Source: Romboutsia sp.
Lineage (GTDB): Bacteria; Bacillota; Clostridia; Peptostreptococcales; Peptostreptococcaceae
DNA length: 20,009 nucleotides
Direction of reading: 5' to 3'
NCBI RefSeq assembly: GCF_051659545.1
Contig: NZ_JBOFOR010000158.1
Location: 1 to 20,009 of the forward strand
Every line of letters starts with the position of its first letter. The stretch's first letter is position 1. The notes beneath the pieces were generated by a model. That model did no database searches. It was not told where the DNA came from and saw nothing but the letters and a program-made list of their open reading frames with translations. The position numbers and the translations under genes are program-made. Shown piece by piece: positions 8,179 through 16,303 of the stretch.

Positions 8179-8654
8179 TGATTTGGATGCCAATTTATAT
8201 ACACATAACATTTTCATATTTAGCAGCAGTTGGATTTGCAGTATTTTTAAATGCGCCCAAGAAAACACTATATGTATCAGGAGCTGTAGGAATGATATCA
8301 TGGACTATATATATATTATTAATGAGATGTAACTTTGATATGATAAGTGCTAATTTTATAGCAGCTTCAATAGCATCATTACTTAGTGAAATATTGGCAA
8401 GAAAGATGAAAAAACCTACTTTATTATTTATAGTACCAGGAATAATAACTTTAATACCAGGACTTGGTTTATATAATACAATGTATTACGTTATCGAGGG
8501 GAATTTTCAACAATCATTTACTACAGGAACTAATGTTATTTTAGCAAGTGGAGCTATAGCTCTTGGAGTTATTGTGGTTTCTTCTTTATTTAGAAATCAT
8601 TATTTAAATTTAAAATCTAAATTAGAAAAGATAGAAAATAAAAAGATTATTTAA
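8178..8654 (+). CDS. threonine/serine exporter ThrE_2 subunit (YjjB-like), 158 aa
   Basis: Track ORF 8160..8654. I prefer ATG 8178, which overlaps the upstream TAA (TAATG) with GGGGTGG SD at 8162-8168. Small protein with 4-5 TM helices, as always paired with ThrE. Confidence 0.75.
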   Translation: MIWMPIYIHITFSYLAAVGFAVFLNAPKKTLYVSGAVGMISWTIYILLMRCNFDMISANFIAASIASLLSEILARKMKKPTLLFIVPGIITLIPGLGLYNTMYYVIEGNFQQSFTTGTNVILASGAIALGVIVVSSLFRNHYLNLKSKLEKIENKKII

Positions 8655-8736
8655 AATAGAAAACGTTAGAATGAGTAAAGCCATAGTAAAACAAAAATTG
8701 TAGTTTATGGTTTTTATAATACAACAAAAATAATAG

Positions 8737-8859
8737 ATGAAAGATGCTTTTAGAACAGTAATATATGCAGTAGGGTTCATATTTATAGGATATGCTATGA
8801 TAATATATGCAATAAAACAAGTCACAACTATGAATAATATCAAACTTGGGAAAAAGTAA
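8737..8859 (+). CDS. possible 40-aa single-TM peptide, not in the supplied track
   Basis: ATG..TAA encodes MKDAFRTVIYAVGFIFIGYAMIIYAIKQVTTMNNIKLGKK, one clean TM helix with charged flanks. It ends 23 nt before the 23-bp hairpin. There is no recognisable SD, hence low confidence. Confidence 0.25.
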   Translation: MKDAFRTVIYAVGFIFIGYAMIIYAIKQVTTMNNIKLGKK

Positions 8860-8881
8860 ATTAAAAATACTAAATAGTAGT

Positions 8882-8939
8882 AAATAATAATTAAGGAGTT
8901 TATCTCAAAAAATTGGGATAAACTCCTTAATTATTATTT
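8882..8939. terminator. unusually long perfect hairpin, probable terminator of the thrE unit
   Basis: AAATAATAATTAAGGAGTTTATC-tcaaaaaattgg-GATAAACTCCTTAATTATTATTT, a 23-bp perfect stem with a 12-nt loop and a U-rich 3' arm. Confidence 0.55.
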
Positions 8940-9074
8940 GGCAAAATATGAAGTATTTATGTAAGAGAAGTATTACAAGTAAATGTTATTAATTGATGTT
9001 ATAAAAATTACTAAGTGGGTATAAATAAAAATATAAGTAATGAAATATTACAAAAGGGATAGGAGAAAATAAAG

Positions 9075-10055
9075 ATGCAAGAATTATACGATATAATAAT
9101 AATAGGTGGAGGTCCAGCTGGATTATCAGCAGGAATTTATGCAGGTAGAGCAGCTTTAAAAACATTAATTATAGAAAAAGAATATGTAGGAGGACAAGCA
9201 GTTAAAACATTAGAAATTGCTAACTACCCTGGAATACTAGATATTGATGGACCTAGTTTAGCAAATAATATGAGACAACAAGCTGAAAATTTTGGAGTTG
9301 AATTTGAATATGATGAAATAATATCTATGGATTTGGATAGTAAAATAAAATCAATAAAAACAAGAAAAACTTTACTTAGATCTAAGTCAATAATAATTGC
9401 AACAGGGGCTAAGCCAAGACAAATAGGATTTATAGGTGAAGATGAATTTTATGGAAAAGGTTTGTCCTATTGTGCAACTTGTGATGGAGGTTTTTATAGA
9501 AACTTAGATGTATTTGTGGTTGGAGGAGGGTACTCTGCAGCTGAGGAATCTTTATTTTTAGCAAGGATAGCAAGGAAAGTTACAATACTTGTTAGAAAAT
9601 CAAAGTTTTCTTGTGCTAAATCTATTGTTGATAAAGTATTAGCAAATGATAAGATAGAAGTTAGGTTTAATACTGAAATTACTGAAATTAGTGGAGATTT
9701 ACAACCAACATACTTAGAATATACAAACACCATGACTAATGAAATCGGCAGATATAAACTTTCAAATGACGATAGAGCTTTTGGAATATTTGTATTAGCA
9801 GGCTACATACCAAATACAAATATATTTAAGAATAAAGTTAAACTAGATAAGTATGGATATATACCTACTGATAATAATATGAAAACAAATATAGATGGAG
9901 TATATGCTGTGGGAGACTTAAGAGAAAAATCACTTAGACAAATAGTTACAGCTGTATCTGATGGCGCAATAGCAGCAACTGCTAGTGAAAAATACTTAGA
10001 GGAAAGCAGTCAGATTTTACAAACTTCAGATAAAAAAGTTTTATTATTAGTATAA
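9075..10055 (+). CDS. thioredoxin-disulfide-reductase-like FAD flavoprotein, 326 aa
   Basis: SD AGGAG at 9061-9065. FAD motif 'IIIIGGGPAGLSAG', redox-active CATC (nt 9471-9482), second Rossmann motif 'VVGGGYSAAEE', and 'GVYAVGD'. The NADPH 2'-phosphate motif HRRxxxR reads VRKSKFSCA (nt 9591-9617). Confidence 0.8.
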   Translation: MQELYDIIIIGGGPAGLSAGIYAGRAALKTLIIEKEYVGGQAVKTLEIANYPGILDIDGPSLANNMRQQAENFGVEFEYDEIISMDLDSKIKSIKTRKTLLRSKSIIIATGAKPRQIGFIGEDEFYGKGLSYCATCDGGFYRNLDVFVVGGGYSAAEESLFLARIARKVTILVRKSKFSCAKSIVDKVLANDKIEVRFNTEITEISGDLQPTYLEYTNTMTNEIGRYKLSNDDRAFGIFVLAGYIPNTNIFKNKVKLDKYGYIPTDNNMKTNIDGVYAVGDLREKSLRQIVTAVSDGAIAATASEKYLEESSQILQTSDKKVLLLV

Positions 10056-10060
10056 TAAAT

Positions 10061-10120
10061 ACTCCCTTTGTATTTGTAAAATATTTATTAAACAATAGGT
10101 TCTACAAAGACAAAGGGAGT
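10061..10120 (+). terminator. compound hairpin after the TrxR-like gene
   Basis: ACTCCCTTTG (10061-10070) pairs with CAAAGGGAGT (10111-10120). An inner TTTGTA/TACAAA stem follows. Starts 6 nt after the TAA. The apical loop is long, so it is an atypical terminator. Confidence 0.45.
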
Positions 10121-10176
10121 TGAAATTTGTACGCTTAAAGTAGAAATCAAAGAAAGATGATTACTAAAGTCATAAT

Positions 10177-10218
10177 ATAAGAAAAATATACTAGTATTTC
10201 GTAGTATATTTTTCTTAT
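10177..10218. terminator. perfect 17-bp hairpin, likely bidirectional terminator
   Basis: ATAAGAAAAATATACTA-gtatttcg-TAGTATATTTTTCTTAT. It lies between the + strand TrxR-like gene and the - strand 46-aa ORF. Confidence 0.55.
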
Positions 10219-10301
10219 GTAAAATTGCTAATCAAGTATATGTCTAGCAACTTTATATTTAATTGAATAGCTTAACTTTTTAGTTCAAGCTAAAAGAAAT
10301 A

Positions 10302-10442
10302 CTATTCCTTTATCTCGTCCTTTTCACTTTTGTATACTTCTTCTAAGTTTTCTTCATCCTTTGAAAGTTTTTCACTAACTTCCTTTGTATACTCCTGCTT
10401 ACACTTTTTACTTAAAGAACAAAATACGCTATCTGTTTTCAT
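10302..10442 (-). CDS. small acidic protein, 46 aa, not in the supplied track
   Basis: GGGGAG SD 6 nt before the ATG (rc of 10440-10442). Encodes MKTDSVFCSLSKKCKQEYTKEVSEKLSKDEENLEEVYKSEKDEIKE, with TAG at 10302-10304. An imperfect hairpin (10270-10292) and the 17-bp hairpin lie downstream. Candidate promoter is TTTACA-N18-TATAAA (rc of 10530-10559). Confidence 0.55.
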   Translation of the reverse strand: MKTDSVFCSLSKKCKQEYTKEVSEKLSKDEENLEEVYKSEKDEIKE

Positions 10443-10670
10443 AAAAATCTCCCCTTATTATATCTATAATTTTAATATATACAGTAGATAGTACTCAGAA
10501 ATAGTTTATAAGTCTTATAACTATAATAATTTATAGTATCCCCCTAGAAAAACTGTAAATGATTACTATATTTAAATAGATACCCACAAAAATAGAGTTT
10601 AATCATAGTAATAAAAAAAATTATAAATAAATCTAATTTCGAAAATATAATACATAAAAATATACAATTG

Positions 10671-10699
10671 TTGAAGCAACTGTGATTATTGACTATAAT
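10671..10699 (+). promoter_or_regulatory. candidate sigma-A promoter of the chemoreceptor gene
   Basis: TTGAAG (10671-10676), exact 17-nt spacer, consensus TATAAT (10694-10699). It lies about 100 nt upstream of ATG 10799. Confidence 0.4.
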
Positions 10700-10798
10700 T
10701 ATCGTATAAAGTGTTTTTTGAAAATTTAAACACTAGTTTTAGAATTTTATAGTAAGAATATAAAAAATAAACACAAATGACTGAGGGGATGAAACTAT

Positions 10799-12823
10799 AT
10801 GATTAGTAAGGTAAAAAAAATATTCCACGGGCTTCAAGTAAGGTTAATAATTATATTAGGGGGGATTTTAGTTGCTATATTTTTAATTTCTGGAATTGTC
10901 ATTGCCAACTACAGTAATGATGCTTTTAGCGAAAATGAAGCGACTATACTACAAAAAACAAATCAAAACACATCTTTACAAATTAAAAACTACATTGACA
11001 CATATTCTACTATGATGAAGCAATTAGCTGTAGACCCTACATTAAAGAAAACTATGCTAGAATTAAAAATAGGGCAAAATGTTAAACAATCTGAGTACTT
11101 TGATGAATCATTAAACTTAATAAAAAATAGTGCTAAACTAGATTCCAAGAATATATTAGCCATATATTATGGAGATGAAGATTCAAAGCAATTACTAGAT
11201 TCTAATGGAGTAATTACATCAGATGATCCAACTTATGATGTAACTTCTAGAGACTGGTATATTGGAGCTAAAGATAACTATTTCTTCATAACTGAGCCAT
11301 ATGAAGATGTGGACTCAGGGGAACAAGTAATATCTATTTCTGTAAGTGTAAAAGATGAAGAGGGCAATTTTTTAGGAGTAGTATCTATAGATATACTTAT
11401 TACTGTAGTTTCAGATATGGTAGCTAACACAACTCTTGGTAATACTGGGTATTATACAATGGTTACAAATGAAGGCATAATATTATCTCATAAAGATAAA
11501 TCTTTATTATTAAAGAATATTAATGATATAGGCCTTGATAAAAATATTTTAACAAATTTAAATAACAATAAAAACGATATTACATATTTCAAATTTAGAA
11601 ATCAAGAAAATGTAGGTTCTATAATAGATATACCAGGAATTAATTGGAAATTAGTAGGATCATTACCAGCAAGTGAATTTAATGCAAATACTACAAATGC
11701 TTTAAATAAAATCATATTAATTTGTATTGTTTCTTTAATAGTAATGTTACTAGCATTAGTTTTAGTAGCTAGAATGATAACTAAACCGATAAGAAAATTA
11801 ATAATAGCAACCAATAAAATGGCTCAAGGTGATTTAGATGTTGAAATTGATGTTAATAGCAATGGTGAAATAGGGACATTATCTAAGAATTTATCTACAT
11901 TAGTAAATAGATTAAAAGAGAATATTCAATATATTAATGAAGTTTCAGGAGCTTTAAAAGATTTATCTAATGGAAATCTATCTATTAAATTAAAGCAACG
12001 CTATGATGGTGAATTTGTAACATTAAAGAATTCATTAATGTCATTATCTGTAACATTTACTAATGTAATGAATGAAATTATAACTATATCTAATGAAGTT
12101 GCTAATGGAGCGAATCAGATAAATGAAGCTTCACAAATATTAGCATTAGGAGTTGAAAATGAAACAATTCTTACAGATAATATTTCAATAACTATAGAAA
12201 AAGTCTCAAAAGATCTTTCTACATTATCATTAGATTCAAGGGAGGTTAACAAATTCTTTACGAAAGTGAATTCAGAAGTAATTAGTTGTAACAACTCAAT
12301 GAATCAAATGCTTGGTTCTATGGAAGAAATACAAGTTACTTCTAGCGAAATTAAAAAAGTAATAAAAGTTATAGAAGATATAGCTTTTCAGACAAATATC
12401 TTAGCTTTAAATGCAGCAGTAGAAGCAGCAAGGGCAGGTGCTTCAGGGAAAGGTTTTGCAGTTGTAGCAGATGAAGTACGAAACCTTGCAGCTAAGAGTT
12501 CAGATGCTGCAAAAACTACTACAGAATTAATTGGAAATTCTATTGAAAAAGTTAACCATGGTAAATCTTTAACTGATACAATAGCTAAATCTTTAAATTC
12601 AATAACTGGGCAAAGTGAAAAAGTAGGTACGCTTATAAATAGTATTTCAACTTCAATATCAAAGGAGGCAACAAGTATTGAGAGTGTAGCTGAAAATATG
12701 CAACAAATTTCAGAGGTAGTTCACAATACATCATCAACAGCACAAGAGATTGCAGCAGCGAGTGAAGAATTTTCTAGCCAAGCAAAAGTACTTACAGAAA
12801 TTACAGGAAAGTTTAATTGCTAA
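10799..12823 (+). CDS. methyl-accepting chemotaxis protein (dCache_1 sensor, HAMP, MA domain), 674 aa
   Basis: SD GAGGGGA. Two TM helices flank a periplasmic region of about 270 aa containing the Cache-type 'SRDWYIGA' motif. HAMP after TM2. Highly conserved signalling hairpin '[40 protein letters not shown]'. Confidence 0.9.
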   Translation: MISKVKKIFHGLQVRLIIILGGILVAIFLISGIVIANYSNDAFSENEATILQKTNQNTSLQIKNYIDTYSTMMKQLAVDPTLKKTMLELKIGQNVKQSEYFDESLNLIKNSAKLDSKNILAIYYGDEDSKQLLDSNGVITSDDPTYDVTSRDWYIGAKDNYFFITEPYEDVDSGEQVISISVSVKDEEGNFLGVVSIDILITVVSDMVANTTLGNTGYYTMVTNEGIILSHKDKSLLLKNINDIGLDKNILTNLNNNKNDITYFKFRNQENVGSIIDIPGINWKLVGSLPASEFNANTTNALNKIILICIVSLIVMLLALVLVARMITKPIRKLIIATNKMAQGDLDVEIDVNSNGEIGTLSKNLSTLVNRLKENIQYINEVSGALKDLSNGNLSIKLKQRYDGEFVTLKNSLMSLSVTFTNVMNEIITISNEVANGANQINEASQILALGVENETILTDNISITIEKVSKDLSTLSLDSREVNKFFTKVNSEVISCNNSMNQMLGSMEEIQVTSSEIKKVIKVIEDIAFQTNILALNAAVEAARAGASGKGFAVVADEVRNLAAKSSDAAKTTTELIGNSIEKVNHGKSLTDTIAKSLNSITGQSEKVGTLINSISTSISKEATSIESVAENMQQISEVVHNTSSTAQEIAAASEEFSSQAKVLTEITGKFNC

Positions 12824-12858
12824 TCAGACTTAAATATAAAATAGTATATTGCATTTTA

Positions 12859-12894
12859 AAAAGGTATAAATATATAAACTTATTTATACCTTTT
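12859..12894 (+). terminator. rho-independent terminator of the MCP gene
   Basis: AAAAGGTATAAATA-tataaact-TATTTATACCTTTT, a perfect 14-bp stem with a T-rich tail. Confidence 0.75.
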
Positions 12895-13003
12895 CTTGTT
12901 GTGTATATTTCAATTAAATATTTAATTAAATAATAGATGCACCAATGATTAGAATAGAAAATAAAGGGAATAAATAATCTAAACTTAAAAAGGAGAGATT
13001 AAA

Positions 13004-13972
13004 ATGATAAAAAAAGCAACATTTGCTGGAGGATGCTTTTGGTGTATGGTTAAGCCATTTGATAAATATAAAGGAGTAGAAAAAGTAGTAGCAGGATATA
13101 CAGGGGGAAATATTGAAAATCCAACTTATGAACAAGTTTGTACTGATACCACAGGACATATAGAGGCAGTACAAATCACATATAATGATGAATTAATAAC
13201 TTATAATAAATTACTAGATATATTTTGGAAGCAAATAGATCCAACTGATGAAGGAGGACAATTTAATGATAGAGGACAGAAGTATAAGACATTTATATTT
13301 TACCATGATGAAAATCAAAAAATAGTAGCCTTAGAATCTAAGAGAATATTGGAAGAAAGTGAATTATTTGATAGCCCAATAAAAACTCAAATAGTAGCAG
13401 CGAAAAAGTTTTATGAAGCAGAAGAGTATCATCAAAATTATTATAAGAAAAACTTGATAAACTATGAAATGTACTTCAGAGGTTCTGGAAGGTATGACTT
13501 TATAAAAGATAATTGGGACAAAAATAACATTAGAAGAGAAGAACTAAAGAATATTTTAACACCAATACAATTTGAAGTTACACAAAATGATATGACTGAA
13601 CCCGCTTTTCAAAATGAGCATTATAATAACAAAGAAGAAGGCATATATGTAGATATAGTAAGCAAAGAAGTACTATTTTCTTCTAAAGATAAATTTGACT
13701 CAGGTTGCGGATGGCCTAGTTTTACAAAATCAGTAGATGAGGATAGTATAGTGGAAAAAAGTGATTTTTCTCAGGGAATGTATAGGATTGAAGTAAGAAG
13801 TAGAGATGCAAATTCTCATTTAGGGCATGTATTTGATGATGGTCCAAAAGAAAGTGGAGGATTAAGATATTGTATAAATTCAGCTTCATTAGAATTTATT
13901 CTTAAAAATGAAATGAAAGATAGAGGATATGAACAATATTTATATATCTTTGAAGATAAAACAACAGAGTAG
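13004..13972 (+). CDS. msrAB: bifunctional peptide-methionine (S)/(R)-S-oxide reductase MsrA/MsrB fusion, 322 aa
   Basis: SD AAAGGAGAG. N-terminal MsrA active site 'GGCFWC' and 'GYTGG'. C-terminal MsrB motifs 'GCGWPSF', '[10 protein letters not shown]' and 'RYCINS'. Confidence 0.9.
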   Translation: MIKKATFAGGCFWCMVKPFDKYKGVEKVVAGYTGGNIENPTYEQVCTDTTGHIEAVQITYNDELITYNKLLDIFWKQIDPTDEGGQFNDRGQKYKTFIFYHDENQKIVALESKRILEESELFDSPIKTQIVAAKKFYEAEEYHQNYYKKNLINYEMYFRGSGRYDFIKDNWDKNNIRREELKNILTPIQFEVTQNDMTEPAFQNEHYNNKEEGIYVDIVSKEVLFSSKDKFDSGCGWPSFTKSVDEDSIVEKSDFSQGMYRIEVRSRDANSHLGHVFDDGPKESGGLRYCINSASLEFILKNEMKDRGYEQYLYIFEDKTTE

Positions 13973-14065
13973 TAGTTTTAATAATTAAAAGGTGATACTA
14001 CTATAAAAATAATAACTAGTATATAATAGAATGAGGAAAAACTACAAATATTAAGGAGTAATATT

Positions 14066-14470
14066 ATGTCCATAAAAATGATGCACCATGTATGTATTCA
14101 AACTGAAAAATACACAGAATCTCTAGATTTTTATACTAGAATCTTAGGATTTGAAGTAATAAGTGAAACACCAAACTTTCATAATAGAGATTTTAACACA
14201 TGGTTAAAGCTAGGGGAATTTATGATAGAACTTCAAACACCAAAACAAGGAGATACATTAAATAAATGGAGTAATCTAAATGAAGGAATAGTGCACATGT
14301 GTTTTTTAGTAGACAATGTTGAAGAAGAATACGATAGAATCAAATCTTTGGGATATAATAGCTTTAAGATAAAAAATGGAAAAGTTGTATATGATGTAGA
14401 AGGTGAAAAATTAATGAAAATTAAAGCACCAGAAGGCACAGAAATTGAAATGAGAGATACCGATATATAG
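14066..14470 (+). CDS. VOC family (glyoxalase / bleomycin-resistance / dioxygenase fold) protein, 134 aa
   Basis: SD AAGGAG. 'HHVCIQTEKYTESLDFYTRILGFEV' is a typical first beta-alpha-beta-beta-beta module with a metal-ligand His; 'IELQ' and 'HMCFLV' fit the paired module. Confidence 0.75.
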   Translation: MSIKMMHHVCIQTEKYTESLDFYTRILGFEVISETPNFHNRDFNTWLKLGEFMIELQTPKQGDTLNKWSNLNEGIVHMCFLVDNVEEEYDRIKSLGYNSFKIKNGKVVYDVEGEKLMKIKAPEGTEIEMRDTDI

Positions 14471-14480
14471 ATAAATATAA

Positions 14481-14509
14481 ATAGCTACCCTTAATTTAAG
14501 GGCAGCTAT
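14481..14509. terminator. bidirectional terminator between convergent genes
   Basis: ATAGCTACCC-ttaatttaa-GGGCAGCTAT, a 10-bp stem with one mismatch (G-U on the minus transcript). It lies between the stops at 14470 (+) and 14516 (-). Confidence 0.7.
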
Positions 14510-14515
14510 TTATAT

Positions 14516-15037
14516 TTAAAATTTAATGTAAATTAATTCTTTTTCGTTATATCTAGCAATAGCATAAATAAGATCAGAAAGTCTATTAATATACTTTAGT
14601 AAAAGAGGACTTACATTATCAACTTTACTAAGAGTGAAGATTCTTCTCTCAGCTCTTCTACAAATAGTTCTAGCTACATGTAAATTAGCAGATAATAAGC
14701 TAGATCCAGGAACAATAAAAGCATCAACTTTATCAATTTTTTTAATATAGTCATCTATTATAGTTTCAAGATTTTTAATATCATCCTCGGAGACACCATT
14801 TTTATATAAGCCTTCTTTTTTAGTAGCAAGCTCTCCAGAAACTGAAAACAACTTTAATTGAATATTTTTTAATATTTTCTTATCTTCATTTTCTGAATAA
14901 TGTGTGCAAAGACCTATGTATGAATTTAGTTCATCAAGAGTACCGTAAGATTCTACCCTTATATCATCTTTGTCAATTCTTGAGCCATCATATAAAGATG
15001 TTTGACCTTTATCTCCAGTTTTTGTATATATTTTCAA
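14516..15037 (-). CDS. ATP:cob(I)alamin adenosyltransferase, PduO type, 173 aa
   Basis: 'KIYTKTGDKGQTSL' N-terminal ATP-binding motif and 'SYGTLDELNSYIG' are typical of the PduO/MMAB family. The start codon is TTG (rc of 15035-15037), with AAGGGG SD 8 nt upstream. Confidence 0.85.
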   Translation of the reverse strand: MKIYTKTGDKGQTSLYDGSRIDKDDIRVESYGTLDELNSYIGLCTHYSENEDKKILKNIQLKLFSVSGELATKKEGLYKNGVSEDDIKNLETIIDDYIKKIDKVDAFIVPGSSLLSANLHVARTICRRAERRIFTLSKVDNVSPLLLKYINRLSDLIYAIARYNEKELIYIKF

Positions 15038-15156
15038 AATAACAACCCCTTATTAAAATATTTTATAATTATTCTTTATAAAATATATATACCCATATAA
15101 ATATAATAAATTCAAGTTAATATAAATTATATTAGTTGCAATAGAGAAGCTACAAA

Positions 15157-15180
15157 TACATACATACATACATATGTATG
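15157..15180. repeat. (TACA)4 tetranucleotide repeat merging into a 14-bp perfect palindrome
   Basis: TACATACATACATACA at 15157-15172. CATACATATGTATG at 15167-15180 is its own reverse complement. Located in the divergent region between the adenosyltransferase (-) and the 54-aa ORF (+). Confidence 0.8.
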
Positions 15181-15300
15181 ATACTGTCTAAATAGAGAAA
15201 TTTGATATTTTTCCAATTAATGATAAAATATATAGGTAAGCAGATAAAACTTATTTGAGAGTAATTTTAGATAAGTTAAAGGGGAGGATTATTAGAAATA

Positions 15301-15465
15301 ATGAAAAAAATTAGTGGTTTAGCAAAATTTGAGTTTGTAGTAGCAGTATTATTATTCTTGTATGCTTTTGTAAACAAAACAGGAATACTTAATTCAATAT
15401 TTTTTGGTATAGTAGGGGTGGTATTTTTATCAAATGCTATATCAAAGCTTAGTGATAAAAAATAG
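15301..15465 (+). CDS. small membrane protein, 54 aa, 2 predicted TM helices, not in the supplied track
   Basis: GGGGAGG at 15281-15287, though with a long 13-nt spacer. Encodes MKKISGLAKFEFVVAVLLFLYAFVNKTGILNSIFFGIVGVVFLSNAISKLSDKK. TAG at 15463-15465, with shared terminator 15521..15550 downstream. Confidence 0.5.
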   Translation: MKKISGLAKFEFVVAVLLFLYAFVNKTGILNSIFFGIVGVVFLSNAISKLSDKK

Positions 15466-15520
15466 CTTGGTAAATTATTTAAATTATGCTTTCTTAATAT
15501 TAAATAATATAAATAACAAT

Positions 15521-15550
15521 AAAGGACTTACTATTTATAGAAAGTCCTTT
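15521..15550. terminator. bidirectional terminator
   Basis: AAAGGACTT-actatttataga-AAGTCCTTT. It lies 6 nt downstream of the TGA stop of the minus-strand ABC ATPase. Confidence 0.7.
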
Positions 15551-15556
15551 ATATAA

Positions 15557-16291
15557 TCATTTACCACAAACTAGTTTTCTTACAAATTCTGTTTTAGGAT
15601 TTTCAATAATTTGATTTGGAGATGCGTATTGATGTATCTGTCCACCGTCCATAACCACCACCTTAGTACCAAGCTTAAGAGCTTCTTTTATATCATGTGT
15701 AATAAAAATTATAGTAACATTAAGTGTTTTGTGAATTTTAATAATGGCTTCTTGTAATAACTTCCTTGTGATTTCATCTACTGCACCAAAGGGTTCATCC
15801 ATTAATAAGATTTCTGGTTTTGCAGCTAAAGCTCTTGCTATTCCAACTCGTTGTCTTTGCCCTCCAGACAATTCACTTGGATATCTATATAACATATCTT
15901 GGCTTAATCCAACAATACTTATAAGTTTATGGATGTTTTTTAATATTTCATCTTTATTTTTAACCTTACTTAGATTTGGAACATAACCAATATTTTTCTC
16001 AATATTCATATTAGGAAAAAGTCCAATCTCTTGAATTACATATCCTATTTTTCTTCTTAACTGTATTTGGTCAACTTTAGAAATATCTTCATCATTAACG
16101 TAAATATTACCACTCTCAGGCTTTAATAGTCCGTTAATTAGCTTGAGAACAGTAGTTTTTCCACAGCCAGAGCTTCCGATTATAGTCAAAAACTCTCCTC
16201 TATTTACAGTTAAATTAAAATTATTTAAGACTATATTATTCTCATAGGATTTAGTAACATTATCAAAAAATATAACTCTATCATGTGACAT
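15557..16291 (-). CDS. ABC transporter ATP-binding protein, osmoprotectant/quaternary-amine (OpuCA/OpuBA-like) type without CBS domains, 244 aa
   Basis: Walker A 'GSSGCGKTT', signature 'LSGGQRQRV', Walker B 'LLMDEPF', H-loop 'ITHD'. The protein ends right after the ABC core, so the tandem-CBS tail of OpuCA is absent. TGA stop. Confidence 0.85.
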   Translation of the reverse strand: MSHDRVIFFDNVTKSYENNIVLNNFNLTVNRGEFLTIIGSSGCGKTTVLKLINGLLKPESGNIYVNDEDISKVDQIQLRRKIGYVIQEIGLFPNMNIEKNIGYVPNLSKVKNKDEILKNIHKLISIVGLSQDMLYRYPSELSGGQRQRVGIARALAAKPEILLMDEPFGAVDEITRKLLQEAIIKIHKTLNVTIIFITHDIKEALKLGTKVVVMDGGQIHQYASPNQIIENPKTEFVRKLVCGK

Positions 16292-16303
16292 AATATGCCT
16301 CCA

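Noticed and set aside
2768-8654. Shared 'yjj' names (YjjI, YjjW, YjjP, YjjB homologues within 6 kb) as evidence of a conserved functional cluster
   Set aside because: E. coli y-names reflect map position only. As far as I recall, yjjP/yjjB are not adjacent to yjjI/yjjW in E. coli. The coincidence is not evidence by itself; only a low-weight efflux hypothesis is kept.
12912-12927. Perfect 16-bp palindrome AATTAAATATTTAATT about 80 nt upstream of msrAB as a PerR/Fur-type box; also the A/T hairpin at 6205..6232
   Set aside because: The msrAB palindrome is A/T-only and the 6205..6232 hairpin is almost entirely A/T (a single G-C pair); such palindromes are expected by chance at this composition. 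The msrAB palindrome is even-length and does not match the 7-1-7 PerR/Fur consensus (TTATAATnATTATAA).
13560-13972. MsrB domain lacking the two zinc-binding CxxC motifs ('[11 protein letters not shown]' in place of the first)
   Set aside because: Zinc-free MsrB variants are a known natural form, so this is not novel.
15557-15559. Alternative genetic code (TGA as a sense codon) as the explanation for the tnpB interruption
   Set aside because: The ABC ATPase ends at TGA, at the normal end of the ABC core, and is followed 6 nt later by a terminator hairpin. All the other gene ends I checked use TAA or TAG at expected positions. Standard code 11 fits.
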